Part shown: in pieces, positions 37,133-46,602 of the stretch | Layout of the letters: every line of letters starts with the position of its first letter | Position numbering within the stretch: position 1 is the stretch's first letter | From: Alphaproteobacteria bacterium | GTDB taxonomy: Bacteria > Pseudomonadota > Alphaproteobacteria > Elsterales > Elsteraceae | DNA length: 64,000 nucleotides | Direction of reading: 5' to 3' | Assembly: GCA_004292755.1 (NCBI GenBank) | Contig: RDXE01000033.1 | Coordinates: forward strand, 9,961-73,960 | Made by a program: the position numbers and the translations under genes | Notes under the pieces: model-generated | Databases searched by the model: none | What the model was told of the DNA's origin: nothing | What the model saw: only the letters and a program-made list of their open reading frames with translations

Positions 37133-38470
37133 ATGAAGATGAGAGCATCCCGTCCCCTGACTGTTGCAGCCGCCGCGATGCTGGTTGGCGCTGGCGCAGT
37201 TGCTGGGTTCCTGTTAGCCCCCGCCCTTGGGGTTGCGCAGTCGCCTGCGGCCCGCGGCAGCACTGAAACCTATCGCCAGCTCAGCCTGTTCGGCGAAGTG
37301 TTTGAGCGTGTGCGCGCCGACTATGTGGAAGCGCCGACCGACGAAGCCCTGATTGAGGCAGCGATCAACGGCATGTTGTCGTCGCTCGACCCGCACTCCG
37401 GCTTCCTCAACCCACGCAACTTCCGCGACATGCAGGTGCAAACCCGCGGCGAGTTCGGTGGGTTGGGCATCGAAGTCACGATGGAGAACGGTCTGGTCAA
37501 GGTGGTATCGCCGATTGACGAGACCCCCGCCGCCCGTGCTGGCGTGCGCCCTGGTGACTTCATCACCCACTTGAACGGCGAGCCGGTGATGGGCCTGACC
37601 CTCAACGAAGCCGTGGAGCGGATGCGCGGGCCGGTCAACACTGACTTGAAGATCACCATCCGGCGCGAGGGGCGCGACCCCTTTGAGCTGACCCTGACCC
37701 GCGCGCGCATCCAGGTGCAAAGCGTGCGGTCGGAGATTTTGAACAACGAAGTTGGCTATGTCCGCATCTCCTCCTTCACCGAGCAAACCACGGCGGGGTT
37801 GGAGCGCGCGCTGACCCGCTTCAAGGATGCCAAGGTGCGCGGCGTCGTGCTCGACATGCGCAACAACCCCGGTGGCCTGTTGGATCAAGCGGTCTCCGTC
37901 TCCGATGCGTTCCTGGAGCGTGGCGAGATCGTGTCCACCCGCGGGCGCCGCACCGATGAGGCGCAGCGCTGGAACGCCAAGGTGGGCGACCTGACGGGTG
38001 GTCTGCCGGTGGTGGTGCTGATCAATGGCGGCTCGGCATCAGCGTCGGAAATCGTTGCAGGTGCTCTGCAAGACCATCGCCGCGCCATCGTGATGGGCAC
38101 CAAGAGCTTTGGCAAAGGCTCGGTCCAAACCATCATGCCGCTGGGCAATGCGGGTGCCATGCGTTTGACCACGGCGCGTTACTACACGCCGTCTGGCCGC
38201 TCCATCCAGCAGCTTGGCATCGACCCGGACATTGTCGTTCCAGCCGCGCGGATCGAGACCGTGGATGAAGGCCAGCGGCGGCGCGAGGCTGACTTGCGCG
38301 GCTCGTTGCGCAACACCGACCAGCCCGCTGAACAACGCCCGGCGCCCGTTGCCCCCGCCCGCGACGCTACCCAGGCGCCCACCCTCGGCTCGCCGGATGA
38401 CTATCAGCTGGCCCGCGCAGTCGACCTGCTGCGCGGCGTTGCTCTGTTCGGCACCAACCGCGCCAACTAG
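37133..38470 (+). CDS. ctpA: C-terminal processing peptidase (S41)
   Basis: PDZ domain (GGLGIEV...VVSPIDETPAARAGVRPGDFI) and the S41 core GVVLDMRNNPGGLL, NGGSASASEIVAGALQDH and TKSFGKGSVQT. Confidence 0.9.
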   Translation: MKMRASRPLTVAAAAMLVGAGAVAGFLLAPALGVAQSPAARGSTETYRQLSLFGEVFERVRADYVEAPTDEALIEAAINGMLSSLDPHSGFLNPRNFRDMQVQTRGEFGGLGIEVTMENGLVKVVSPIDETPAARAGVRPGDFITHLNGEPVMGLTLNEAVERMRGPVNTDLKITIRREGRDPFELTLTRARIQVQSVRSEILNNEVGYVRISSFTEQTTAGLERALTRFKDAKVRGVVLDMRNNPGGLLDQAVSVSDAFLERGEIVSTRGRRTDEAQRWNAKVGDLTGGLPVVVLINGGSASASEIVAGALQDHRRAIVMGTKSFGKGSVQTIMPLGNAGAMRLTTARYYTPSGRSIQQLGIDPDIVVPAARIETVDEGQRRREADLRGSLRNTDQPAEQRPAPVAPARDATQAPTLGSPDDYQLARAVDLLRGVALFGTNRAN

Positions 38471-38488
38471 ACAGCGCTCCTGCGAAAG

Positions 38489-38521
38489 CCCCCGTCAGCA
38501 GCACCGCTGGCGGGGGTTTTT
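38489..38521 (+). terminator. rho-independent terminator
   Basis: CCCCCGTCAGC-loop-GCTGGCGGGGG (one mismatch) followed by TTTTT, 19 nt after the ctpA stop. Confidence 0.7.
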
Positions 38522-38558
38522 CATGTCTGGAGACGGGTTTGGCAGATAGTGAGCGGGC

Positions 38559-39302
38559 CTAACCCGCGATCTCCGTCAGCATGCGGCGGTCGGGCAGGGT
38601 GACGCTGCGGTCGCCACCATCCCACGTCATCATGCCAACCCGGCGCAGCGTGCGCAGCGCCACGCGGATGGTCGCAAGATCGATGCCCAGGAAGTCAGCG
38701 ACGTCACACCAGTCCAGCGGCATGTCAACCCGGCCATCGGCTCGCGCTGGGCTTTTGCGATCCACCCACAACAGATAGCGCGCCAACCGCTCCTGCGGGG
38801 AGCGGCGGGCCAGCAGCCGCAGCCGGTCCTGGGCGGCGATCAACTCGTGGGTCGCGGCCAGCGGGGCTGGATCGGTGCGGGTGGACAGGGTGGCCAGCGC
38901 GCGCTGGAATTTGGTGCGCGGCACCACGCAGATTGAGGCGTCGCGACTGGCAACGGCGCCAAACAAGTAGCGGCCATTGCGCTCCAGCCCGAAACTGTCG
39001 CCGGGCAGCATCAAGGCGATGATGCCCGATTGACCATTGCCGCGGGATTGCGTGGCTTTGACGGCGCCCGACTTCACAATCCAAGCGCAATCGGCGGGCG
39101 TGTCGGCGTGCAGAATTGGCGCACCACGGGAAAACAACACGGTTGCAGCCCCCCGCGAGAGGTCCAGCCTTGTCAGATCATCGCAGACGACAGACCGCAT
39201 GTCGCACAAGGCGCATGCGGCCGGACGACCGATGGGCGCTATGCAGGGGCTTCGTTGATCGCGCGGCATAATGGCAAATCCGAAGACTGTGCGTGTCGTC
39301 AC
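38559..39302 (-). CDS. Crp/Fnr-family transcriptional regulator with N-terminal Cys cluster
   Basis: cNMP-binding-like barrel and C-terminal HTH (WCDVADFLGIDLATIRVALRTLRRVGMM). N-terminus is C-x9-C-x2-C-x6-C. Confidence 0.8.
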   Translation of the reverse strand: MTTRTVFGFAIMPRDQRSPCIAPIGRPAACALCDMRSVVCDDLTRLDLSRGAATVLFSRGAPILHADTPADCAWIVKSGAVKATQSRGNGQSGIIALMLPGDSFGLERNGRYLFGAVASRDASICVVPRTKFQRALATLSTRTDPAPLAATHELIAAQDRLRLLARRSPQERLARYLLWVDRKSPARADGRVDMPLDWCDVADFLGIDLATIRVALRTLRRVGMMTWDGGDRSVTLPDRRMLTEIAG

Positions 39303-39429
39303 TCCATCGGACCCGCTTTACCCGATTTCGTCAAAGGGAAATTTTCTGTGTGATTTGAAGGATTTTGCCTCTGCGCACCGCATAGAGACGGAGGCTGCCC
39401 GACGCGTGCGCAAACGATTTTCGGTTGGG

Positions 39430-39849
39430 TCAGTGATCGGTTAAGGTCGTGATGATTGGAGCCCCCGCCTTTAGCGCCAAGCTGACCGGACATTTCTCGG
39501 CCATCTGCAGCAGGAAGGCCCGCTGTGCCGCGTCCAGCGCGCCGTGAAAGGTGAGCGTGCGCGTGAACTGGGCTTGTTTGCGGCCATCGGGGCCGACTGC
39601 AAACTCCTGGGTCGCGGTTACCTCAATATCGTCCAGCGGCCAGCCCTTGCGGTTGGCGACCATGCGAATGGTGATCGCGGTGCAGGCGGCCAGTCCCACC
39701 GCCACATGCTCCCACGGGTTGGGGCCACTATCGGCGCCACCCACGGCCCCTGGCTCGTCTGCGGTCACAGCGTGCTGGCGGGCGGTGCCCACCAAACCAT
39801 AGGGGCGTGCCTCAGATTCCCGCAGCGTGATGGAGACTGGGTCAGACAT
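39430..39849 (-). CDS. OsmC-family peroxiredoxin-like protein
   Basis: 139 aa with GGADSGPNPWEHVAVGLAACTAITI and a second Cys in MAEKCPVS. Confidence 0.8.
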   Translation of the reverse strand: MSDPVSITLRESEARPYGLVGTARQHAVTADEPGAVGGADSGPNPWEHVAVGLAACTAITIRMVANRKGWPLDDIEVTATQEFAVGPDGRKQAQFTRTLTFHGALDAAQRAFLLQMAEKCPVSLALKAGAPIITTLTDH

Positions 39850-40038
39850 CGGTCAGGGGTCCTTCCAGAGTGGTCCTTGTTGGTAGCTGGTTGGCACGCC
39901 TGCAATCAACCATGCTTGGCAGTGGTAGTCTTGACGGTCGCAAGCTGGCATAACCCTGCCATGCTTGTGCCAAGCCCAGCGCTGTGCATGATCGTCGCGG
40001 ACGGCGCTCCGCCGACCGCAGTCACCTTGAGGAGACCT

Positions 40039-40917
40039 ATGCGACTGCACCGCTCTCTTGCCGCGGCAGCCTTTGGTGCGCTGCTTCTTGCGGCCCCCGC
40101 CTTTACCCCCGCCTCCGCCCAGACTGTGGGCGACATCCTGCGGGCTGGGGCGGGCGACAATCCTGTGATCGCACGGGTTGACGGCCAGGACATCCGCCGG
40201 GCGGAGTTGATTGCCCTGCTGAACCAGCTGCCGCCGCAGATGCGCGACATGCCGATGACCTCGATCTATCCGCTCGCCTTGGAGCGGTTGATCGATGGGC
40301 GCCTGCTGGTGGGTGCCGGTCGCGCCGCCAATCTGCAGAATGATGCAGAAGTACAGCGCCGGGTGGCGGATTACCTGGATCAACAGGTTCAGCAAACCTA
40401 CCTGACCCGGGCGATTTCCGCGAAGCTGACCGATGAGGAGCTGCGCAAGCGCTACGACGAGTTCGTGAAGGCGAACCCGCCGCAGGAAGAAGTGCGCGCC
40501 CGCCACATTCTTGTTGCGACCGAGCAAGCCGCCCGTGACGTGCTGGCCGAAGTGCGCCGTCCCGGTGCGGACTTCGCAGCCGTCGCGCGCGCCCGCTCCA
40601 CCGACACCTCGGCGCGCGATGGCGGCGACCTCGGGTTCTTTGGCCGCCAGGACATGGTGCCGGAGTTCGCGGAGGCTGCCTTTGGCCTGCAGCCCGGTCA
40701 GGTCAGCCAAGCCCCGGTGCGCACCCAGTTCGGCTGGCACATCATCAAGGTGGAACAGCGCCGGACCGGCGAGGTTCCCACCTTCGAAGCCGCACGCGAG
40801 CAGCTGCGCGCCGACGCCACCCAAGAGATCGCCGCCGAGGTGGTGGACGAGTTGAAGGGCAAGGCGCAGGTGGAAAGACGCGGCCTGGACGGGGCGGCGA
40901 TTCCCTCGCGGCCATAG
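40039..40917 (+). CDS. periplasmic peptidyl-prolyl cis-trans isomerase (SurA-N plus parvulin domain)
   Basis: Signal peptide MRLHRSLAAAAFGALLLAAPAFTPASA and parvulin core VRARHILV...GGDLGFFGRQDMVPEFAEAAF...TQFGWHIIKV. The track ORF start at 39544 overlaps osmC on the antisense strand and is rejected. Confidence 0.8.
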   Translation: MRLHRSLAAAAFGALLLAAPAFTPASAQTVGDILRAGAGDNPVIARVDGQDIRRAELIALLNQLPPQMRDMPMTSIYPLALERLIDGRLLVGAGRAANLQNDAEVQRRVADYLDQQVQQTYLTRAISAKLTDEELRKRYDEFVKANPPQEEVRARHILVATEQAARDVLAEVRRPGADFAAVARARSTDTSARDGGDLGFFGRQDMVPEFAEAAFGLQPGQVSQAPVRTQFGWHIIKVEQRRTGEVPTFEAAREQLRADATQEIAAEVVDELKGKAQVERRGLDGAAIPSRP

Positions 40918-41000
40918 GGGTGGCTTGGCTGCGGGCACCATCTCGCAGTCGAACGACGCCAACCGGGTTTGCCGGGTCTGACTGAGTGGGAGAGTGAGGT

Positions 41001-42224
41001 ATGGGTGGTGTTGTCTCCCCGCTGGCGCCAGCGGGGTTTCCAAACCTTCCAGCAATCGCTGGGGCGCGGGTTGGTGCGGCCGAGGTAAACATCCGCTACC
41101 GCGGCAGGCCGGACGTGTTCTTGGCGGTGTTCGATCCCGGTACCACCGTGGCCGCGGTCGTCACCCGCTCCCTCACCCGCTCAGCACCGGTGGACTGGTG
41201 CGCGGCCCATGCTGGCGGCCCTGGGCGCGTGTTCGTCGCCAATGCCGGCAATTCCAACGCCTTCACCGGGCGGTTGGGGGTCGCGTCGGTCGAGCGGACC
41301 GTGGCGGCCGCCGCTCAGCAGTTCGGCTGCACCCCGCAGGAGGTGTTTCCCGCCTCCACCGGCGTGATTGGCGAGCCGCTGGACGATGCCAAGATCACCA
41401 ATGCTCTGCCATCGATCGCGCTGTCTGCCGATGGCTGGGCCGATGCCGCCCGCGCGATCATGACCACCGACACCTTTCCCAAGGGGGCGGCGCGCACCTG
41501 CACCATCGGCGGCAAGACCGTGACGCTGGTGGGCATCGCCAAGGGTTCGGGCATGATCCAGCCCGACATGGCGACCATGCTGGCGTTCTGCGCCACTGAC
41601 GCCGCGATCCCCGGTCCGATCCTGCAGACGCTGCTGCGACAGGCGACCGACCGCAGCTTCAACTGCATCACGGTCGACAGCGATACCTCCACCTCCGACA
41701 CGCTGCTGCTGGCGGCGACCGGGCAGGCGGGCAATCCTGTGCCCACCAGCATCGGCGACCCGGCCCTGCGCGGCTTTAAGCGCGCGCTGCTGGCGCTGTT
41801 GCAGGATCTTGCCATCCAGGTGGTGAAAGATGGCGAAGGGGCGGAAAAGCTGATCACGGTGACGGTTCAGGGGGCAGCCTCCGCCCGCGCGGCGCGGCTG
41901 GTGGGCTTGACCATCGCCAACTCGCCGCTGGTGAAGACGGCGATTGCTGGTGAGGACGCCAATTGGGGACGGATTGTCGCAGCAGTGGGCAAGTCAGGCC
42001 AGAAGGCCGACCGGGATCGATTGGCTGTGTGGATTGGTGGTGTGTTGGTCGCTTCGGACGGTCAACGGGTAGAGGGGTATGATGAAACCCCGGTCGCCCA
42101 GCACATCAAGACCCGCGACATTCATCTGAAGGTCGATCTTGGTGTGGGCCGCGGCGCTGCTACGGTCTGGACCTGCGATCTCACCCATCGATACATCGAC
42201 ATCAATGCCAGCTATCGAAGCTAA
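41001..42224 (+). CDS. argJ: bifunctional ornithine acetyltransferase / N-acetylglutamate synthase
   Basis: ANAGNSNAFTG, IAKGSGMIQPDMATMLAFCATDA (autoprocessing ATML site), DSDTSTSDT, GEDANWGRI and YIDINASYRS. Confidence 0.92.
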   Translation: MGGVVSPLAPAGFPNLPAIAGARVGAAEVNIRYRGRPDVFLAVFDPGTTVAAVVTRSLTRSAPVDWCAAHAGGPGRVFVANAGNSNAFTGRLGVASVERTVAAAAQQFGCTPQEVFPASTGVIGEPLDDAKITNALPSIALSADGWADAARAIMTTDTFPKGAARTCTIGGKTVTLVGIAKGSGMIQPDMATMLAFCATDAAIPGPILQTLLRQATDRSFNCITVDSDTSTSDTLLLAATGQAGNPVPTSIGDPALRGFKRALLALLQDLAIQVVKDGEGAEKLITVTVQGAASARAARLVGLTIANSPLVKTAIAGEDANWGRIVAAVGKSGQKADRDRLAVWIGGVLVASDGQRVEGYDETPVAQHIKTRDIHLKVDLGVGRGAATVWTCDLTHRYIDINASYRS

Positions 42225-42810
42225 TCGCCCCCAGTCGGCTGGGGTATCATCCCGGTCGGGTATCCCCGGCCCCGCTCTGCCGCCAGCCGCTCTGTTCTCG
42301 GGCGACGGGGCGTGGTGCGTGGTCGGCGCCAAACGGCTGTTGCTGCGCCCGCTGATGGCGGAGGATGCGGACGATCTGGGCCGCTTGATCGATGCCGCGA
42401 CGGACGAGGATCGTCTGCTGCCCTGTGCCCGCGGCCAGGTGGGCAGTTGGATCGACGAGGCCGAGCGCCATCGCCGCAGTGGCGAGGCGCACACCTTCTT
42501 GCTGATCCGCCGGAAGGACCCCGTGGTGCTGGGTGCAGCCAATCTGCGCCGGGATGAAGACCATGCGGGCCACTGGCAGATTGGCTATTGGGTCGCTGCC
42601 CCCTATCGGCGCCAGCGCTACTGCACCGAAGCCGTAGAAGCCCTGGTGCGTTTTGCCTTTGATGAGCTGGCGGCTGCGGCCTTGGACGCCAGCGTGCCCG
42701 TCCTCAATACGCCCTCCATCCGGCTGCTGAAGCGCCTGCGCTTTCGTGCGGTGCCTGGGGTGGGGGACGCACCAGACGTTGGGCTGTGGCAGCGGGCCCG
42801 TCGTGGTTGA
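42205..42810 (+). CDS. GNAT-family (RimJ/RimL-like) N-acetyltransferase
   Basis: RLLLRPLMAEDADDL..., IGYWVAAPYRRQRYCTEAVEALVRFAF. Start is uncertain (ATG 42205 or GTG 42319). Confidence 0.7.
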   Translation: MPAIEANRPQSAGVSSRSGIPGPALPPAALFSGDGAWCVVGAKRLLLRPLMAEDADDLGRLIDAATDEDRLLPCARGQVGSWIDEAERHRRSGEAHTFLLIRRKDPVVLGAANLRRDEDHAGHWQIGYWVAAPYRRQRYCTEAVEALVRFAFDELAAAALDASVPVLNTPSIRLLKRLRFRAVPGVGDAPDVGLWQRARRG

Positions 42811-43204
42811 CACGCTGCTGGTCGTCGCCGTTGCGCTGATCGACCCCGATGGTCGGGTGCTGGTGGCCCAGCGTCCACCGGGCAAAGCCATGGCGGGCTT
42901 GTGGGAGTTTCCGGGCGGCAAGGTTGCTGCAGGGGAAACACCGGAAGCCGCCCTGATCCGCGAGTTGAAGGAGGAATTGGGGGTGGACACCCACGCCTCC
43001 TGCCTCGCCCCATTCACCTTTGCCAGCCACGCCTATCCTGAGTTTCATCTTCTGATGCCGCTGTATCTCTGCCGTCGCTGGCAGGGCGAGCCAGTGGCGA
43101 GGGAGGGTCAGGTGCTGCGCTGGGTTTATCCCGCCCAGTTGAAAGACTTGAGCATGCCACCGGCCGACGTGCCGTTGATCGCCATGCTCCGCGATTTCCT
43201 GTAA
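42803..43204 (+). CDS. mutT: NUDIX hydrolase, MutT-like (8-oxo-dGTP diphosphatase type)
   Basis: Nudix box GLWEFPGGKVAAGETPEAALIRELKEELGV. GTG 42803 overlaps the GNAT stop. Confidence 0.75.
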   Translation: MVDTLLVVAVALIDPDGRVLVAQRPPGKAMAGLWEFPGGKVAAGETPEAALIRELKEELGVDTHASCLAPFTFASHAYPEFHLLMPLYLCRRWQGEPVAREGQVLRWVYPAQLKDLSMPPADVPLIAMLRDFL

Positions 43205-43359
43205 GGCCCCGTGGCAGGGAGCAGCCCGCTGCGACCCATGAAAACTTGGTCATGGACACATGATCCGCTGGCGGTCAGCGACGGCGGCTCTATACTCCGC
43301 GGCGTTTTGGGCGGGGTTATCCCCCGCCAGTCCCGTTAGCCAGCAGGAACCCCAGCGGA

Positions 43360-44394
43360 ATGAAACGCGCGTTGATCACCGGCATCACCGGCCAGGATGG
43401 CTCCTATCTGGCGGAGTTTCTGCTGGGCAAAGGGTACGAGGTTCACGGCATTGTTCGCCGTGCCAGTTCGTTCAACACCGGTAAGATCGACCATCTCTAC
43501 GCCGATCCCCATGTGCCAAATCATCGGTTGACCCTGCACTATGGCGACTTGACCGATGCCTCCGGCCTGCGGCGGATCATTGATGCTGTGCTGCCGGACG
43601 AGGTTTACAACCTAGGCGCGCAATCTCACGTCAAAGTCTCATTTGAGACGCCGGAATACACGGCTGATGTTGTAGCCGTCGGCATGCTCAAGCTGTTGGA
43701 GGTGCTGCGCACCCATATGGAGACGACCGGGCGCACGGTGAAGCTGTATCAGGCAGGCTCTTCGGAAATGTTCGGCGCGGCCAAGCCGCCGCAATCGGAA
43801 GCGACACCATTTCATCCGCGCAGTCCCTATTCCGTGGCGAAGGTGGCGGCCCATTGGTTTGCCATCAACTATCGCGAAAGCTACGGCATGTTCTGCACCA
43901 ACGGCATCTTGTTCAATCACGAGAGCCCGCGGCGTGGGGAAACCTTCGTTACCCGCAAGATCACCCGTGCGGTCGGTCGGATCAAACATGGGCTGCAGAA
44001 GACCCTCTATCTGGGCAACCTGGATGCCCGGCGTGACTGGGGCTTCGCTGGCGACTATGTCGAAGCCATGTGGATGATGCTGCAGCAAGACCAGCCCGAT
44101 GACTATGTGGTTGCCACGGGCGAAGCTTACTCGGTGAAGGAATTCCTGGTCGCTGCCTTTGGACGGGTTGGGCTTGATTGGCAGGAATTCGTGAAGATTG
44201 ACGAGCGCTATTTCCGCCCGGCCGAGGTGGACTACCTCCTGGGAGACAGCACCAAGGCGCGCACCGCCCTGGGCTGGGCGCCGAAGGTCGATTTTCCCAC
44301 GCTGGTGGCCATGATGGTCGATCACGATCTCGACTTGGCTGAGCGCGAAAAGACACTGGAACTGGCTGGGTTTAAGGGGCAGCGCTATGGATAA
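43360..44394 (+). CDS. gmd: GDP-mannose 4,6-dehydratase
   Basis: [40 protein letters not shown] and [12 protein letters not shown], recognisable over the full length. Confidence 0.95.
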   Translation: MKRALITGITGQDGSYLAEFLLGKGYEVHGIVRRASSFNTGKIDHLYADPHVPNHRLTLHYGDLTDASGLRRIIDAVLPDEVYNLGAQSHVKVSFETPEYTADVVAVGMLKLLEVLRTHMETTGRTVKLYQAGSSEMFGAAKPPQSEATPFHPRSPYSVAKVAAHWFAINYRESYGMFCTNGILFNHESPRRGETFVTRKITRAVGRIKHGLQKTLYLGNLDARRDWGFAGDYVEAMWMMLQQDQPDDYVVATGEAYSVKEFLVAAFGRVGLDWQEFVKIDERYFRPAEVDYLLGDSTKARTALGWAPKVDFPTLVAMMVDHDLDLAEREKTLELAGFKGQRYG

Positions 44395-45331
44395 GTCTGC
44401 AACCGTGATGGTGGCTGGGGCGCGTGGCCTGGTTGGGGGCGCTCTGGTTCGTCGCCTCGCCGCCGCGGGTTATTCCAACCTGCTGACACCGGCACGCGCG
44501 GAGGTTGATCTGCGCGATGCAGTTGCTGTCGACAGCTACTTCGCCAAGCACCGGCCTCAGTATCTCTTCATTGCCGCGGCAAAGGTTGGCGGAATTCACG
44601 CTAACAATACCTATCCGGGTGACTTTCTGCGCGAGAATCTACAAATCCAGCTAGCTTTGATTGAGGCTGCGCGTAAGTATAAAGTCCACAAACTGCTGTT
44701 TTTGGGCTCTTCCTGCATTTATCCAAAGTTGGCGCCTCAGCCGATCCCGGAAAGTGCTCTGCTGTGTGGCGCGCTGGAACCAACAAACAGTGCCTACGCT
44801 GTGGCAAAGATTGCGGGTATCGAAATGGTGGCGGCCTATCGGCGCCAGTACGGCTTAAACGGCATCTCTGCAATGCCGACCAATCTCTATGGGCCCGGTG
44901 ACAATTACGATCTTCAGAACAGCCATGTACTACCCGCTCTGATCCGCAAGGTGCACGAGGCGCGTCTCAGCGGGGCGCCAACGGTGACAGTTTGGGGAAC
45001 CGGCACCGTGCTGAGGGAGTTTTTGTTTGTTGATGATTTGGCGGACGCCTGCCTGTTCTTGATGAACAGCTATGAGGATGACCGTATCATCAATGTCGGC
45101 AGTGGGGAGGAGATCACCATCCGCGGCTTGGCCGAAACCGTCGTCGAGGTGTTGGGGTTCCAGGGCCAGCTGGTGTTTGACACCAGCAAGCCCGATGGCA
45201 CGCCGCGCAAGCTGTTGGACGTGGCGCGCATCAATGCCCTGGGCTGGCGCCATCAAGTGTCGCTGCGCGATGGCATCCGCCGCGCGTACGAGGATTTCTT
45301 GCAAACCCCCCGCTGGCACGCGGCTGCTTAG
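44387..45331 (+). CDS. fcl: GDP-L-fucose synthase
   Basis: [52 protein letters not shown] and [11 protein letters not shown]. 8-nt overlap with gmd. Confidence 0.92.
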   Translation: MDKSATVMVAGARGLVGGALVRRLAAAGYSNLLTPARAEVDLRDAVAVDSYFAKHRPQYLFIAAAKVGGIHANNTYPGDFLRENLQIQLALIEAARKYKVHKLLFLGSSCIYPKLAPQPIPESALLCGALEPTNSAYAVAKIAGIEMVAAYRRQYGLNGISAMPTNLYGPGDNYDLQNSHVLPALIRKVHEARLSGAPTVTVWGTGTVLREFLFVDDLADACLFLMNSYEDDRIINVGSGEEITIRGLAETVVEVLGFQGQLVFDTSKPDGTPRKLLDVARINALGWRHQVSLRDGIRRAYEDFLQTPRWHAAA

Positions 45332-45357
45332 CCGCATCGGCCGAGAAAGGCTCGCGA

Positions 45358-46602
45358 ATGATCGCGGCGCGGGCTGCTTTTGGTGTCTATCGCGCGATAG
45401 CAACGCTGGCGACGCCGGTGGTGCGCCGTCTGCTGGCGGCCCGGCGTGCCCGCGGCAAGGAACACGCTGAGCGCTGGACCGAGCGGCTGGGCTACCCCTC
45501 GCTGGTCCGACCCGCTGGTCGCTTAGTGTGGGTGCATGCCGTCAGTGTCGGGGAGGCGGTGTCGGCGCTGCCGTTGATTGCGGCCCTTGCCAATCGCACC
45601 CCTGTGCTGGTGACCACGGGTACGGTGACCTCGGCAGCCTTGATGGCCGAGCGTCTGCCGCCCGGCGCGATCCATCAGTTCGCACCAGTGGATCTGCCTG
45701 TGTCCGTTCGTCGGTTCCTGGATCACTGGCGCCCCGATGCGGCGATTTGGCTGGAGAGCGAGGTCTGGCCAACGCTGATCGGCGCGACAGCCGCTCGGGG
45801 CATCCCGTTGGCGTTGGTCAATGCGCGCATGACGGAGCGCAGCGCCGCGCGCTGGCCGCGCTGGCTCGCGGGCCATCTGTTGGGTGCCTATCGCTTGGTG
45901 TTGGCCCAAACTCAAGCCGATGCGCTGCGCTTGCGTCGTTTTGGGATCGATGCCGAAACAGTCGGCAATTTAAAACACGCAGCACCCAAGTTGCCCGTGG
46001 ACGAGGCAGAGCTGGCACGCCTGACCGGGGCACTGGCCGGGCATCCGCGCTGGTGTCTTGCCTCCTCCCACGAGCCGGAGGAGGCGCTGGCCGCACGCTG
46101 CCATCACCAATTGGCCGCCCGGCATCGTGGCTTGGTCACAGTGATTGTGCCGCGTCACCCCGACCGTGGCCCAGCGCTGGCAGCAGCGCTGGAGCAGCCG
46201 GAGTTGGTGGTGGGGTTGCGGTCACGCGGGGATCAACCGCGACCGGGCCTCTACATCGCCGACACGCTGGGGGAGTTGGGGTTGTGGTACCGGCTGGTCG
46301 ATCTGGTGTTGATGGGGGGGGCCTTCGCGGGACGCGGCGGGCAGAACCCTCTGGAGCCGGCGCGGCTGGGTGCGGCTGTGCTGCTGGGGCCGGACATGGG
46401 CAACTTCACCGAAGCGACGGCTGCGATCAGCGCCGGGTCCGTTCAAGTGTTGGATGAGGCGGCGTTGACAGCCGCCCTCGACCAGTTGCTCAGCGATCCA
46501 GCCGAGCGTCAGCGCCTCGGGGCCGCCGGAGCCGCCGGTGCTGTCAGCGAGCAGGCAGTGTTGGATCGGGTGTTGGCCCGGTTGCAGCCGTTGCTGCCCT
46601 AA
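45358..46602 (+). CDS. waaA: 3-deoxy-D-manno-octulosonic acid (Kdo) transferase
   Basis: VWVHAVSVGEAVSALPLI, ESEVWPTLI, GGSF-like MGGAFAGRGGQNPLEPA. Confidence 0.85.
   Translation: MIAARAAFGVYRAIATLATPVVRRLLAARRARGKEHAERWTERLGYPSLVRPAGRLVWVHAVSVGEAVSALPLIAALANRTPVLVTTGTVTSAALMAERLPPGAIHQFAPVDLPVSVRRFLDHWRPDAAIWLESEVWPTLIGATAARGIPLALVNARMTERSAARWPRWLAGHLLGAYRLVLAQTQADALRLRRFGIDAETVGNLKHAAPKLPVDEAELARLTGALAGHPRWCLASSHEPEEALAARCHHQLAARHRGLVTVIVPRHPDRGPALAAALEQPELVVGLRSRGDQPRPGLYIADTLGELGLWYRLVDLVLMGGAFAGRGGQNPLEPARLGAAVLLGPDMGNFTEATAAISAGSVQVLDEAALTAALDQLLSDPAERQRLGAAGAAGAVSEQAVLDRVLARLQPLLP

Noticed and set aside
39890-39950. Several TGGCA motifs that look like sigma54 -24 elements upstream of the PPIase gene.
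   Set aside because: None has a GC dinucleotide at the correct 10-nt spacing. TGGCATAACCCTGCC is off by one, and TGGCACGCCTGCAATC lacks TTGC.
46544-46602. 59-nt convergent overlap of the waaA and channel 3' ends. A similar 47-nt overlap occurs at 32096..32142 (DUF1499 versus kinase).
   Set aside because: Both overlaps involve unstructured C-terminal tails. Such overlaps are common in GC-rich genomes, and there is no evidence of a functional antisense arrangement.
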